Of a stretch of 64,000 nucleotides of DNA, positions 28,762 through 38,600 are shown in pieces (the stretch's first letter is position 1; every line of letters begins with the position of its first letter). Made by a program: the position numbers and the translations under genes. The stretch is taken from assembly GCA_965206595.1 (NCBI GenBank), contig OZ242214.1:3616001-3680000 (forward strand), written 5' to 3'. Source of the stretch: Candidatus Latescibacterota bacterium (GTDB lineage Bacteria > Latescibacterota > UBA2968 > UBA8231). A model generated the notes under the pieces. The model had not been told where the DNA came from. It searched no databases and saw nothing but the letters and a program-made list of their open reading frames with translations.

Positions 28762-29744
28762 ACCTCACGGCAAGCGACCGGTTGCTTGCGCAGCGCGACG
28801 TTTTCGGCGACACCCTCATCGAGCTGATCGACGCCGATCCCGACGTATACGTCCTCGACGGCGACCTGGCCAACTCAACGAGGGCCGACAAGGTCTCCCG
28901 GGAGCGGCCGCGCCGCTTTCTCGAGATGGGCATCGCCGAGCAGAACATGATGGGAGTGGCCGCCGGCATGGCCACCTGTGGCCTGGTGCCGTGGTTGAGC
29001 AGCTTCGCCTGCTTTCTGGTCAATCGCGACCTCGACCAGCTGCGAGTCGTCGTCGCCCAGCCCTCCCTCAACGTCAAGATCGGCGCCGCCTACACCGGCC
29101 TTCTCACCGGAAAGACCGGCAAGACCCACCAGGAGGTTTCCGACATCGCCGTCATGCGGGCGATGCCGAACATGACCGTTCTCGCCCCGGCAGACGGCGT
29201 CGAGGTGAGACTCTGCATGCTGGCTGCCACCGCCTGGGAGGGTCCTGTGTACGTGCGCCTTACCCGCGATCCCGAACCGGTCATTTTCAATGACAGCCAC
29301 CGTTTCCGCATCGGCGAGACTTACGTAGTGCGCGACGGTGCGGACGTGACCATCATGGCCACGGGAGCGCAGACGGTGCGCGCCCTGGCCGCGGCCGACC
29401 TGCTTGCAGGCGACGGGGTATCGGCGCATGTCCTGCACGTGCCGACGCTCAAACCGCTCGACGTCGATGCCATCGTCGAGGCCGCGGGAAAAACCGGACG
29501 GGTGGTCACCGCCGAGGACCACTCGGTGATCGGCGGTCTCGGGGGCGCGGTTGCCGAGGCACTCGCAGAGCACCTGCCCACCCCGTTGAAACGGGTCGGC
29601 ATACCCGACTGTTTCGGGGAGTCGGCTGCCAACGAAGATCTGCTGCGCAAATACGGCCTCACGGATCGGCACGTGGCGGAGGCCGCCAAACAGATGCTTG
29701 ACCCGGGAGACGGATGGCGGCTCCGGCGACCGCAACCGGGTTGA
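28758..29744 (+). CDS. Transketolase, C-terminal subunit
   Basis: GIAEQNMMG, G.THQ..DIAVMR.MPNM, GPVYVRL, TAEDHSVIGGLG; GTGA overlap with the N-terminal subunit. Confidence 0.93.
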   Translation: MNLTASDRLLAQRDVFGDTLIELIDADPDVYVLDGDLANSTRADKVSRERPRRFLEMGIAEQNMMGVAAGMATCGLVPWLSSFACFLVNRDLDQLRVVVAQPSLNVKIGAAYTGLLTGKTGKTHQEVSDIAVMRAMPNMTVLAPADGVEVRLCMLAATAWEGPVYVRLTRDPEPVIFNDSHRFRIGETYVVRDGADVTIMATGAQTVRALAAADLLAGDGVSAHVLHVPTLKPLDVDAIVEAAGKTGRVVTAEDHSVIGGLGGAVAEALAEHLPTPLKRVGIPDCFGESAANEDLLRKYGLTDRHVAEAAKQMLDPGDGWRLRRPQPG

Positions 29745-29811
29745 CCGACTGCCGAAAGCAGGTCATTTTTACCTGTGATGAAGCGGTCCGTAAACCTGAT
29801 GTCGATGACCG

Positions 29812-29844
29812 AAAGTGCACCCTTGAGTGCACTTTTCCTTTTTT
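29812..29844 (+). terminator. Hairpin after the transketolase pair
   Basis: AAAGTGCAC-CCTTGA-GTGCACTTT followed by a T-rich tract. Confidence 0.5.
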
Positions 29845-29914
29845 GGGGCGACCTGCGTGACGGATCGTGGCGGGGGTACGACCTGTGAGCGGTGACGGAG
29901 AGACAGATTCGAAC

Positions 29915-30625
29915 ATGAGAGACAATCTGCTGCGGCTGTTGAAGATCCAGGACGTCGACGAGGAGCTGCGAACGCTAGAGGAAGCCAAGAGCAAGTACCC
30001 AGAGGAGATCACGCGGCGGAAAAACGACATCGAGGCAGCCCGCAAGGGGTTGGACGAGAAGAGCGCGCGTGTCGCCGAGCTGGAATCACAGCAGCGCCAA
30101 TACGAGCGGGATCTCGAGGTTGCCAGGGATCAGCTCAAGAAGCAGGAGGAGCGGTTCTCCGAAGTCACCAACAACAGGGAGTACGATGCCCTGCAGATGG
30201 AGATCGAAGCCTGTAAAACGAGGATCTCCGAATGCGAAACGCACATCCTGCAGGCGATCGAGGAGTCCGAGTTCCTTCGCGAACAGATCCTCCTCGAGGA
30301 GAAGGACGTCGAGCAGATCGTCGGCGAGCAGCAGGGGAGGATCGACGAACTCCAGGAAAAGCTCGACTCTTTGCAGGACGAGGTCGACGGCGTCTACTCC
30401 CGGCGCGAACATGAGACAAGCGGCCTTGATCAGAGTCTGTTGCAGAGCTACGAGCGCAGTCGCACCGCCCGTGGAGCGCGAATAACCGCGGTGCGCAAGG
30501 AATCGTGCGGCGCCTGCTTTCGCCAGTTGACGCCTCAGCAGAGAAGCAATGTCCGGCGTAGCGAGCGCGTCCTGCATTGCGAGAACTGCGGCGCGATTCT
30601 CGTCTGGGACGACCACAGCTCGTAG
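29915..30625 (+). CDS. Coiled-coil C4 zinc-ribbon protein (DUF164/CT398-like)
   Basis: L..IQ.VD, coiled coil with NNREYDALQ.EI, CGAC...CENCGAIL. Confidence 0.9.
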   Translation: MRDNLLRLLKIQDVDEELRTLEEAKSKYPEEITRRKNDIEAARKGLDEKSARVAELESQQRQYERDLEVARDQLKKQEERFSEVTNNREYDALQMEIEACKTRISECETHILQAIEESEFLREQILLEEKDVEQIVGEQQGRIDELQEKLDSLQDEVDGVYSRREHETSGLDQSLLQSYERSRTARGARITAVRKESCGACFRQLTPQQRSNVRRSERVLHCENCGAILVWDDHSS

Positions 30626-30721
30626 CCGGGATTCAGGCAGCGTGTGGCGTTGCTGACCGAGCCTCGGCATCACCGGGCGCCGGCAGGAATGGTACCCATC
30701 AGGTGATGCTGTTCCCAATTC

Positions 30722-31099
30722 GGCGGAGCGGCTCGGGCGATCGCGCCGCCCACCATCAGATCGCGGTGGGTGAGTGAGGAAAGTCCGAGCTCCACAGGAC
30801 AGGATGCTGGGTAACTCCCAGGGAGGGTGACCTCACAGAAAGTGCCACAGAAAAGATACCGCCCGCCCTTTTCGGCGGGTAAGGGTGAAATGGTGAGGTA
30901 AGAGCTCACCGCGTTTCCGGCGACGGAAACGGCACGGCAAACCTCTTCCGGAGCAAGGCCGAATAGGGGAGGAGAGGTGGTCCGCCTCGTTCGACTCCCG
31001 GGTAGGCCGCAAGGAGGTTGCGGGTAACCGCCGCCCAAGATGAATGATCGCCCCGCGCCTAAGGCGCGGACAGAACTCGGCTTACAGAGCCGCTCCGCC
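30722..31099 (+). ncRNA. rnpB: RNase P RNA (type A)
   Basis: GAGGAAAGTCCGAGC, AGTGCCACAGAAA, GGTAAGAGC, GGCAAACC, GAGCAAGGCC, ACAGAACTCGGCTTA; P1 helix GGCGGAGCGGCTC/GAGCCGCTCCGCC. Confidence 0.97.
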
Positions 31100-31114
31100 C
31101 TGCTTTTCCGTTAC

Positions 31115-32287
31115 ATGATCCCGTCATCCGGCAAGATATCCATACCGCAGGCGCCCTTGCGTAGCGGTCCGTGGCTCATGGTGCTCGCGCTCCTGGCGTC
31201 CGCCTCGAAAACCGGGGCCCAGGAGTTCGTCGAAACCGTGTCGGCGAGGTCGGAGGAGGGGATAATCGAGGGCAGCCTCGACTGGGCCAACGGCATCCTG
31301 ACCGTTTTCGGCGAGGGGGCAGCGCCGGCCGCTATCACCAACGCGGCCCAGCGCCGCCTGGCCGGCTTTACCGCTGCCAGGGAGAAGGCCTACCGCAACC
31401 TCGCCGAGATCGCCGGGGAAGTTCCCGTCGATTCCCGGACCAAGGTAAGCACGGTCGCACTTGCCGACGCGGATTTGAGCATGAAGCTGGAGGCGCTGAT
31501 AAAGGCTTCCCGAGTCGATCTCGGCAGCCGCCAGGAGCGGAACGGCCGCTACCGTCTGGCGCTGAAGCTCCACCTTCGCGGGCGGTTTTCGGACACCGTC
31601 CTGCCCGATTCCGGCCTGGCGCTACCGCACCCGGGGGAGCTTCCCGCGGCAGATTCCCTCTTCCTGTTCGCGCCCCCGGAGGACTGCACCGGGCTGGTGG
31701 TCGACGCCAGAGGCACCGGCCTGAAGCCATGTCTGGCTCCCCGGATAATCGACACTTCCGGACGCGTCATCTACAGTGCCGGGCACGCCGGCAGGTTTTG
31801 CGCCGTAAACGACGGTGTCGCCGGCTACGAAAGCGATCTCCAACGCGCCGCGACGAGCCCTCGCGTCGGCGGTGCCAGGGGCCGCCCGTTCTTCCTCGAG
31901 GCGGAGGGGGTCTCGGGGCCGTTCAGCGGGGACGTCCTGATCAGCCGCGACAACGGCACCCGCGTCCTGATGGCCGATGTCGAGGCCGGCTTTCTGTCGC
32001 AGTGCGGGGTGGTCTTCCTCCTGGGTCCGAAGCCCGAACCCCTGCCGTTCGTCCCGGGTCCTGACACCACCCACGTCGACACCGCGATCACAGCCACGGA
32101 TTCCGCAGGTTTGGATTCGGTCTTCACGGACTCGGGCCTGACGAATTCGGCTGCCGCAGATCCGTACGACCTCCAACTGTACCGGCTGCTCCGCACGGGA
32201 CCTCCCCTGCCACCGCTTGCCGACACCCTGGGATACCATGACTTCGACGAGCTTTTCCGAGAAGCTGGCCGCAGCGACGACGAGTAA
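31115..32287 (+). CDS. Secreted hypothetical protein (LPP20-associated family-like)
   Basis: Signal-like segment, G.LDW..G.L...GEG, AYRNLAE, TGLVVDARG..LKP.LAPRI. Confidence 0.6.
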   Translation: MIPSSGKISIPQAPLRSGPWLMVLALLASASKTGAQEFVETVSARSEEGIIEGSLDWANGILTVFGEGAAPAAITNAAQRRLAGFTAAREKAYRNLAEIAGEVPVDSRTKVSTVALADADLSMKLEALIKASRVDLGSRQERNGRYRLALKLHLRGRFSDTVLPDSGLALPHPGELPAADSLFLFAPPEDCTGLVVDARGTGLKPCLAPRIIDTSGRVIYSAGHAGRFCAVNDGVAGYESDLQRAATSPRVGGARGRPFFLEAEGVSGPFSGDVLISRDNGTRVLMADVEAGFLSQCGVVFLLGPKPEPLPFVPGPDTTHVDTAITATDSAGLDSVFTDSGLTNSAAADPYDLQLYRLLRTGPPLPPLADTLGYHDFDELFREAGRSDDE

Positions 32288-33074
32288 CGACTCGCTGGTC
32301 TGCGTCGGTCTGGACCCCGTTCCTTCGCGGCTCCCTGAGGGCCTTCGCGGCGAGCCGGATCCGGTCCTCGCTTTCAATCGCCGGATCATCGATTACACCA
32401 GCGATCTCGTCTGCGCTTACAAGCCGAATCTCGCCTTCTACGGCGCTCTCGGGGGGCCCGGCTGGGAGGCGCTCAAGGCGACAATCGACCATGTCCCCGA
32501 TGGCATTCCGGTTGTTGCGGACGCCAAGGCAGGGGACATCGGCTCGAGCGCGGAGAGATATGCCGTCATGCTCTTCGAGGAGCTCGGCGCCGACGCCGTC
32601 ACCGCCAACCCCTACATGGGCGGCGACGCGATGGAGCCGTTCCTCGCCTACCGCGACAAGGGGACGTTCCTGCTCTGCCTGACCTCGAACCCCGGGGCCG
32701 CGGACATCATGAAGCAGCAGCTGCCTGGGGGCAGGATGGTTTACGAAGAGGTCGCCGCAAAGGCGGCCCGGTGGAACGAGTCCGGGAACTGCGGCCTGGT
32801 AGTGGGAGCCACCCAGGCTGGAGCGATGCAGTCGATAAGGGCGCTAGCCCCCGAGCTTCCGATCCTGATACCGGGGGTCGGCGCCCAGGGTGGCGACGTC
32901 GAGACGGCCGTTCGTTCCGGGACGCGCCCCGACGGAACCGGCCTCCTCGTCAACGCCTCGCGTTCCATCCTGTACGCATCGGCAGGTGAGGATTTCGCCT
33001 CGGCTGCCCGCAAGGCCGCCCAAGCCCTGAGGGCGGCGATCAACCAGCACCGGCCGCGTCCGGCCGGTGCCTGA
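32238..33074 (+). CDS. pyrF: Orotidine-5'-phosphate decarboxylase
   Basis: LVCVGLDP, YKPNLAFY, DAKAGDIG (DxKxxD), TSNPG, VVGAT, LIPGVGAQGG, NASRSI. Confidence 0.96.
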   Translation: MTSTSFSEKLAAATTSNDSLVCVGLDPVPSRLPEGLRGEPDPVLAFNRRIIDYTSDLVCAYKPNLAFYGALGGPGWEALKATIDHVPDGIPVVADAKAGDIGSSAERYAVMLFEELGADAVTANPYMGGDAMEPFLAYRDKGTFLLCLTSNPGAADIMKQQLPGGRMVYEEVAAKAARWNESGNCGLVVGATQAGAMQSIRALAPELPILIPGVGAQGGDVETAVRSGTRPDGTGLLVNASRSILYASAGEDFASAARKAAQALRAAINQHRPRPAGA

Positions 33075-33207
33075 TTCGGCGTTGGCCGACATTTTCGGGA
33101 AGCGTTTGCCGGAATTTCCGCGATCCCGAGCACCGGTAATGATGTCGAAGAGCGGACATCGCCGTGATTCCCGGATTCGGTCCCGCGGTTTATCTTCCTT
33201 TTGCCGT

Positions 33208-33285
33208 CGGGGTGTAGCGCAGTCCGGTTAGCGCACCTGCTTTGGGAGCAGGGGGTCGTCGGTTCGAATCCGACCACCCCGACCA
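33208..33285 (+). tRNA. tRNA-Pro(TGG)
   Basis: Acceptor CGGGGTG/CACCCCG, anticodon arm CCTGC-TTTGGGA-GCAGG and encoded CCA. Confidence 0.97.
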
Positions 33286-33294
33286 TTTCGAACC

Positions 33295-34507
33295 TCTGCC
33301 TGGGAGCTCACCCACTACCAGGGAATCGGCAGACGGACCGTCTACGTCGCCCACACCGACAGCGGGGAAATCGGCCTCGGCGAGGGCCGCAAGGAGCCTC
33401 CGGAGGTGATCGCCCAGTACATAGGCAGCAACCCGTTCGACTGGCTCGGGGACGAAACCTCCCTGCCGATCGGCACCGCGATGTACGACCTCATGGGGAA
33501 GGCGGCCGGCGTGCCGGTCTACAAGCTGTTCGGGCAGAAACACCGATCCTGGGTACCGGTGGGGAGCTGGACGGTGTCGACGCACCCGGAGCGAATGGCC
33601 GAGGCGGTGCGGCGCTACTCCCGGCAGGGTTACACCTGGCTGAAGTTCCACCTCTCCCCGTTCGAGAACGTATTCGACCAGACCGGGGCGATGATGGAGG
33701 TGGCGCCGAGGGGTTTCCGCATCCATTTCGACTTCACGGGAGGCGGCACCATAGACCACATGCCCGACCTGCTGGAGAGGCTTTCCCGCTACCCGATCGC
33801 CGGCTGCTTCGAGGACTCCATCGACCCGGGGGACACCCTGACCTCGATCGATCTGAGAAAGCGGATCCGACTGCCGATCGTCCGCCACCAGGCACCCCTC
33901 AACTGCACCTACGAAGTGCTCGCCGGCGCCGGGGACCGTCTACATGTGGGGGCACCAGAAGATCGGGGACGTCATCCGCGCCGCGGGACTGTTTGCAGCG
34001 GGCAGCATACCGTTCATGCTGCAGAACGTCGGCGGCACCATCACGCGCGCGATCACCGCCCACATGACCGCGGCGTTTCCCACCGCGACCTTCCACTTCT
34101 TCAACGATACCGAGACTTGGAAGTCCGACGTCGTGCGCGAGCGCCTCGAGCCGGTTAACGGCTTCGTCCGCGTCCCGGAAAAGCCGGGGCTGGGGCTGAG
34201 TCTCGACCGCGGCGAGCTCGCGCGGCTCGCGCTGCTCGAAGCGCCCGACCTTGTGCCCTGGATCGTCAAGTCGAGGTTCGACAACGGTACCCGGATGTAC
34301 AACGTCGCCGATGGCTAAGGGCCTCTCATGGTGCGCCCCGACTGGACGCGCGGCGGCATCCCGATGAGCTACGACGCCCCCTTATCCACCGAGCACTGGG
34401 ACAACGACGGCACCGAGGAATTCAGACGGATGTACGGCCGCGTCGAACGGGAGAGGGTGGTGATCGAGGGCCCCGAGGCAGGCCCGGACACCTTGGATTT
34501 GCCATAG
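33295..34507 (+). pseudogene. Mandelate racemase/enolase-superfamily pseudogene
   Basis: TD.GEIGLGE, AMYDLMGKAAGVPVYKLFG, KFH, PEKPGLG. No start codon (begins right after the tRNA), a frameshift at ~33937 and an in-frame TAA at 34316, after which the same frame continues to TAG 34507. Confidence 0.8.
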
Positions 34508-34589
34508 TGGCGGCTCTTCCTTTATTTACTACCGAAGCTCGACCTCGGCGTGTAACTTCATGCCAGGGGGTGCTTTAGGAACTTTTCCG

Positions 34590-34663
34590 GTGCCCATAGC
34601 TCAGCTGGATAGAGCATCTGCCTTCTAAGCAGAATGTCGCAGGTTCGAGTCCTGCTGGGCACG
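34590..34663 (+). tRNA. tRNA-Arg(TCT), CCA not encoded
   Basis: Acceptor GTGCCCA/TGGGCAC, anticodon arm TCTGC-CTTCTAA-GCAGA; followed by CCG. Confidence 0.95.
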
Positions 34664-34721
34664 CCGGCAACCTCCTTCACGGAACGAGCCGCCCGGTGGT
34701 CCGCACCGGCAGCCGCTTCAT

Positions 34722-34799
34722 GGTGGGTGTAGCTCAGACGGTTAGAGCGCCAGGTTGTGGCCCTGGAGGCCGCGGGTTCGATTCCCGTCACTCACCCCA
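34722..34799 (+). tRNA. tRNA-His(GTG)
   Basis: G-1:C73 pair, anticodon arm CCAGG-TTGTGGC-CCTGG and encoded CCA. Confidence 0.96.
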
Positions 34800-34876
34800 T
34801 ATATGACATGGCCTTCCATGGTGTTTCCATGGGAGGCCATCTTCTTGTCGTCCCCTCGCCAGCAAATCCGGGAAGC

Positions 34877-35404
34877 ATGTGCGAAGCGCGAAAAAACCCG
34901 CCGCTGAGCGGCGTCGCCGACGGCGGACCCCGGTCTCCGTCGAACCTGGTCTCCCGGCCGCGATTGCTCGAAATCAGGCGCCAACTACGCGCCGCCGGGA
35001 AAAGGGTGGTCTTCACCAACGGCTGCTTCGACCTGCTGCACCGGGGCCACGTCGAGTACCTGCGCGAGGCGCGCGCCCTCGGCGACGTCCTGATGGTCGG
35101 CCTCAACAGCGACAGCAGCGCCTCCACCCTGAAAGGGCCTGGACGCCCCCTCATGACGCAGCAGGACCGCGCCGCCCTGCTGGGCGAGCTGAGATCGGTC
35201 TCCTACGTCTGCATCTTCGACGAGCCGAGCGTCGCCGCGCTCGTCGCCGAACTCCTTCCGGACGTGCTCGTCAAAGGGGGCGACTATTCCCTCGCAGAGG
35301 TCGTAGGCCGCGAGGTCGTCGAGGAAGCGGGCGGCACCGTCCGCACCCTGTCCCTGTGGACCGGCGCCTCCTCGTCGGATCTGGCGCGGCGTCTGAATCT
35401 GTAA
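34877..35404 (+). CDS. rfaE2: D-glycero-beta-D-manno-heptose 1-phosphate adenylyltransferase
   Basis: VVFTNGCFDLLHRGH, VGLNSD.S...LKGPGRP, PDVLVKGGDY. Confidence 0.92.
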   Translation: MCEARKNPPLSGVADGGPRSPSNLVSRPRLLEIRRQLRAAGKRVVFTNGCFDLLHRGHVEYLREARALGDVLMVGLNSDSSASTLKGPGRPLMTQQDRAALLGELRSVSYVCIFDEPSVAALVAELLPDVLVKGGDYSLAEVVGREVVEEAGGTVRTLSLWTGASSSDLARRLNL

Positions 35405-35600
35405 GGCTTGACTGCCCGGCCCCGGACATCCGGGCGGACCGGACTCGCTCCAGTTCCTGCGCACAGCCCCCTGCTCCTTCCCCTGCTGACCGCCGGCAGG
35501 CATCCTACCGGCACGGACCCACAAAAATCTGCTGAGCGGAGGTCGGCGGGGGCATGTTATCTTTGGCAGTGGTCTGGAGAGCATCCCGCTTCCGTCCCTG

Positions 35601-38600
35601 ATGAAATCATCCTTCCCTGAAAACAGGCTCGTATTCCTGATGCACCGCGCCGCGGCGCGCGCCTTGCAGGCCGCCCTGTTATGGTCCGCTCTGTCTGTCC
35701 CCCCGGCATGGACGCAGAAGCTGCAGGATTCCCAGCTCGAGCTGCCGGGGGTGTGGGCCGGCCAGGCCGCCTGGGGAGACTACGACGGCGACGGCGACCC
35801 GGATCTTCTCCTCGTCGGCGAAACCGAGTCGGGCGGACAGTGCCTGAGGATCGCCCGGGTACTTCGCAACGACGCCGGGCTCCTCACAGAGGACGTCGCC
35901 CAGTCGCAGCGGCTGGTCGGGGTCTATTTCGGAGACGCCGGGTGGGCGGACTACGATGGGGACGGCGATCTCGATGCCGCCATCGCCGGCTGGGATGCGG
36001 ACGATCTCGGCAGTCTGCGGCTCTACATCAATGGCGCCGGCCCGGAGGAGGGTGAGCGTCTGCTGACCCCGGACATGACCCAGGTGGACGACGCAGGGAA
36101 CTCGAATTTCCGGGCTATCCGATACGCCGATCTCTCCTGGACCGACTTCGATCGCGACGGCGACCTCGACCTCACCGTAACCGGACTGGAAGGCAACGGC
36201 ACATCCCTCACCCACCTGTATCGGAACCGCGGCGGCCTGCTGGTCCTCGACGAGGCCAACAGCGAAGCCCTCGTCAACGTGCACAACGGCGACCTCGCCT
36301 GGGCGGACTACGACAACGACGGCGACCTCGACCTCGCCCTGTCCGGGGAGAACGTCATCTCCGACAACGTCACCCGCATCACCGAGTTCTACAGGAACGA
36401 TCCCATCGGCAACCTCGAGCTCGATGTCAGCGTTGCGGCGGCGCCCCGGGCCAAGGGAGGATCGCTGGCCTGGGCCGACTACGACAACGACGGCAACCTC
36501 GACCTGGCGCTTTCCGGCCGCGGCGATTCGTGGGCAGTGAAGCTGCTGCTGTACCGCAACCGGCCGGCGGGCACCCTCGGGCTCGACGACGGGTTTTCCC
36601 TCAATCCTTTCCAGACCATCGATGGGCAGCTCGCCTGGGTCGACTACGACAACGACGGCGACCAGGACCTCGCCGTGTCCGGCCGCACCCTGCTATCCGA
36701 CCACCGCGCCCAGGTGTTCGACAACGACGGCGGAACGGTCACCTCCGGGGCGGTCGAGAACCTCGAGGGCCTCGCCGGCGGCGCCGCAGTATGGGGCGAT
36801 TACGACGGCGACGGCCGCGTCGACCTGCTGCTGAGCGGGATCGATCAGTCGGGGGCCCGCCGCACCGTTATCTACGGCAACCGCGGCGTTGCCACCCCCA
36901 ACCGCGAGCCTTCCGCTCCGGCAACGCTCCACCTGGTACAGGTTACCAGCACCCGCGCCCTGTTCAGCTGGCCGGCGGGTGAAGACGTCGAGTCGCCGGC
37001 ACTTTCCTACAACCTCCGCATCGGTACCCGGCAGGCTGGCGGCGACGTTCTCTCCGCCAGCCTGCCGCCGGGACCGGGCAACGCCGGCCTCAGGACCAGT
37101 TACGTCCTCGAGCGCTCGCTGCCCCCGAACCGCTATTACTGGTCCGTGCAGGCGGTCGATGGAGGATTCGCGCGCTCGCCGTTCTCCACCGAGGGCAGCT
37201 TTGTCGTCGAGGAGCTCGTCTCGTCGGACCAGAGTCTGCGCAATCTCGAGGAAGCATCGATGTCCTGGGGGGACATCGACGACGACGGGGACGCCGACCT
37301 CGCCGTCATGGGCAGAAACCGCAGCGGCGAAGCCCGCACCTTGATCTACGTCAACGAAGCCGGCGAGCTAGGGCTGAACCTCGGGGCGGGAGTCACTCCG
37401 CTGCGCAACGGCGACCTGGCCTGGGGGGATTACGACAACGACGGCGACCTCGATCTCGCCGTCACGGGCCAGGACGGTTTCGGGACCCCCCACAGCGAGC
37501 TGTTCGCTACCGAGGTGCACGGAGGCGAGGTGAGTTTCGAGCGCGCCGGGGCCTTCCCGGATCTCTCTCTCAGCTCCGTCGAATGGGGAGACGCCGACGC
37601 CGACGGCGACCTCGACCTAGTGTTGATGGGGCTGGGCAGCGACGTCGACGGCGCGACCCGGTCACACACGCAGCTGTGGCTCAACGACGGCGAAGGCGGC
37701 TTCGCCGAGGCGCAGAAAGACCTCGTCGGATTGCACGACGGCGAGGCGGCCTGGGCGGACGCGGACGGCGACGGCGATTCCGACCTCGCCGTGACCGGAA
37801 CCAGCTCCGCCGGTACCCCAGAGCTGCGGCTCTACCTCAACGACGGCTCCGGTCCGGGAACAGGCCTGCTGTCCCTGACCGGCCTCGAGTCGAGCGACCT
37901 TGCCTGGGGGGACTGGGACCGCGACGGCGACCCCGACCTGCTCGCTTCCGGGACCGGGGATGGCGGGATGGCGACGACGCTCTGGGAAAACGACGGCGGC
38001 AGCTTCACCGAGGCCGCGGACGCGGGGCTCCCCGGCATTAGCGACGGCGACCTCGCCTGGGGGGACTACGACAACGACCAGGACCTCGACATCGCCATCA
38101 CCGGCAACGACGGATCGCAGGCGATCCTGCAGATATGGGAGAACACCATCGGCCGCACCGGCGCCGGAGGGCCGTTCGAGCAGGTCGCCCTGGAGGCGCT
38201 CCATGGTGTTCAACTCAGCGCCGCGGCCTTCGCCGATATCGAGGAAGACGGCGACCTCGACCTGGTCTCCGCCGGCCGCGGTGCCACCGGCTCCCCCCTG
38301 AGCGCCATCAACGAGAACCTCACTGCCCGGTTCAACCCCAACTTCCCCCCGCGCAACCCATCCGGGCTCGAGGCGGACGACCTCACCGGCGGGGTCGTCC
38401 TGAGCTGGCAGGTCTCCGGGGATGACGGCGCCCCTCCACCGGAGAGCCTGACCTACAACCTGCGGGTCGGGGTCACCTCGCGGGGTAACGAGGTGATTTC
38501 CGGCCTCGGGGAGGTGGGACCCGGAAACAACGGTCACCTGACCGAGCGCACCCTCGTCGGCCTTGAAAGCGGCACCTACTTCTGGTCGGTACAGGCGGTG

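Noticed and set aside
30670-31114. ORFs overlapping rnpB, and similar ORFs over tRNAs (33201, 34558, 34757, 50433, 50476)
   Set aside because: They overlap structured RNA genes. True starts of the adjacent CDSs were placed downstream.
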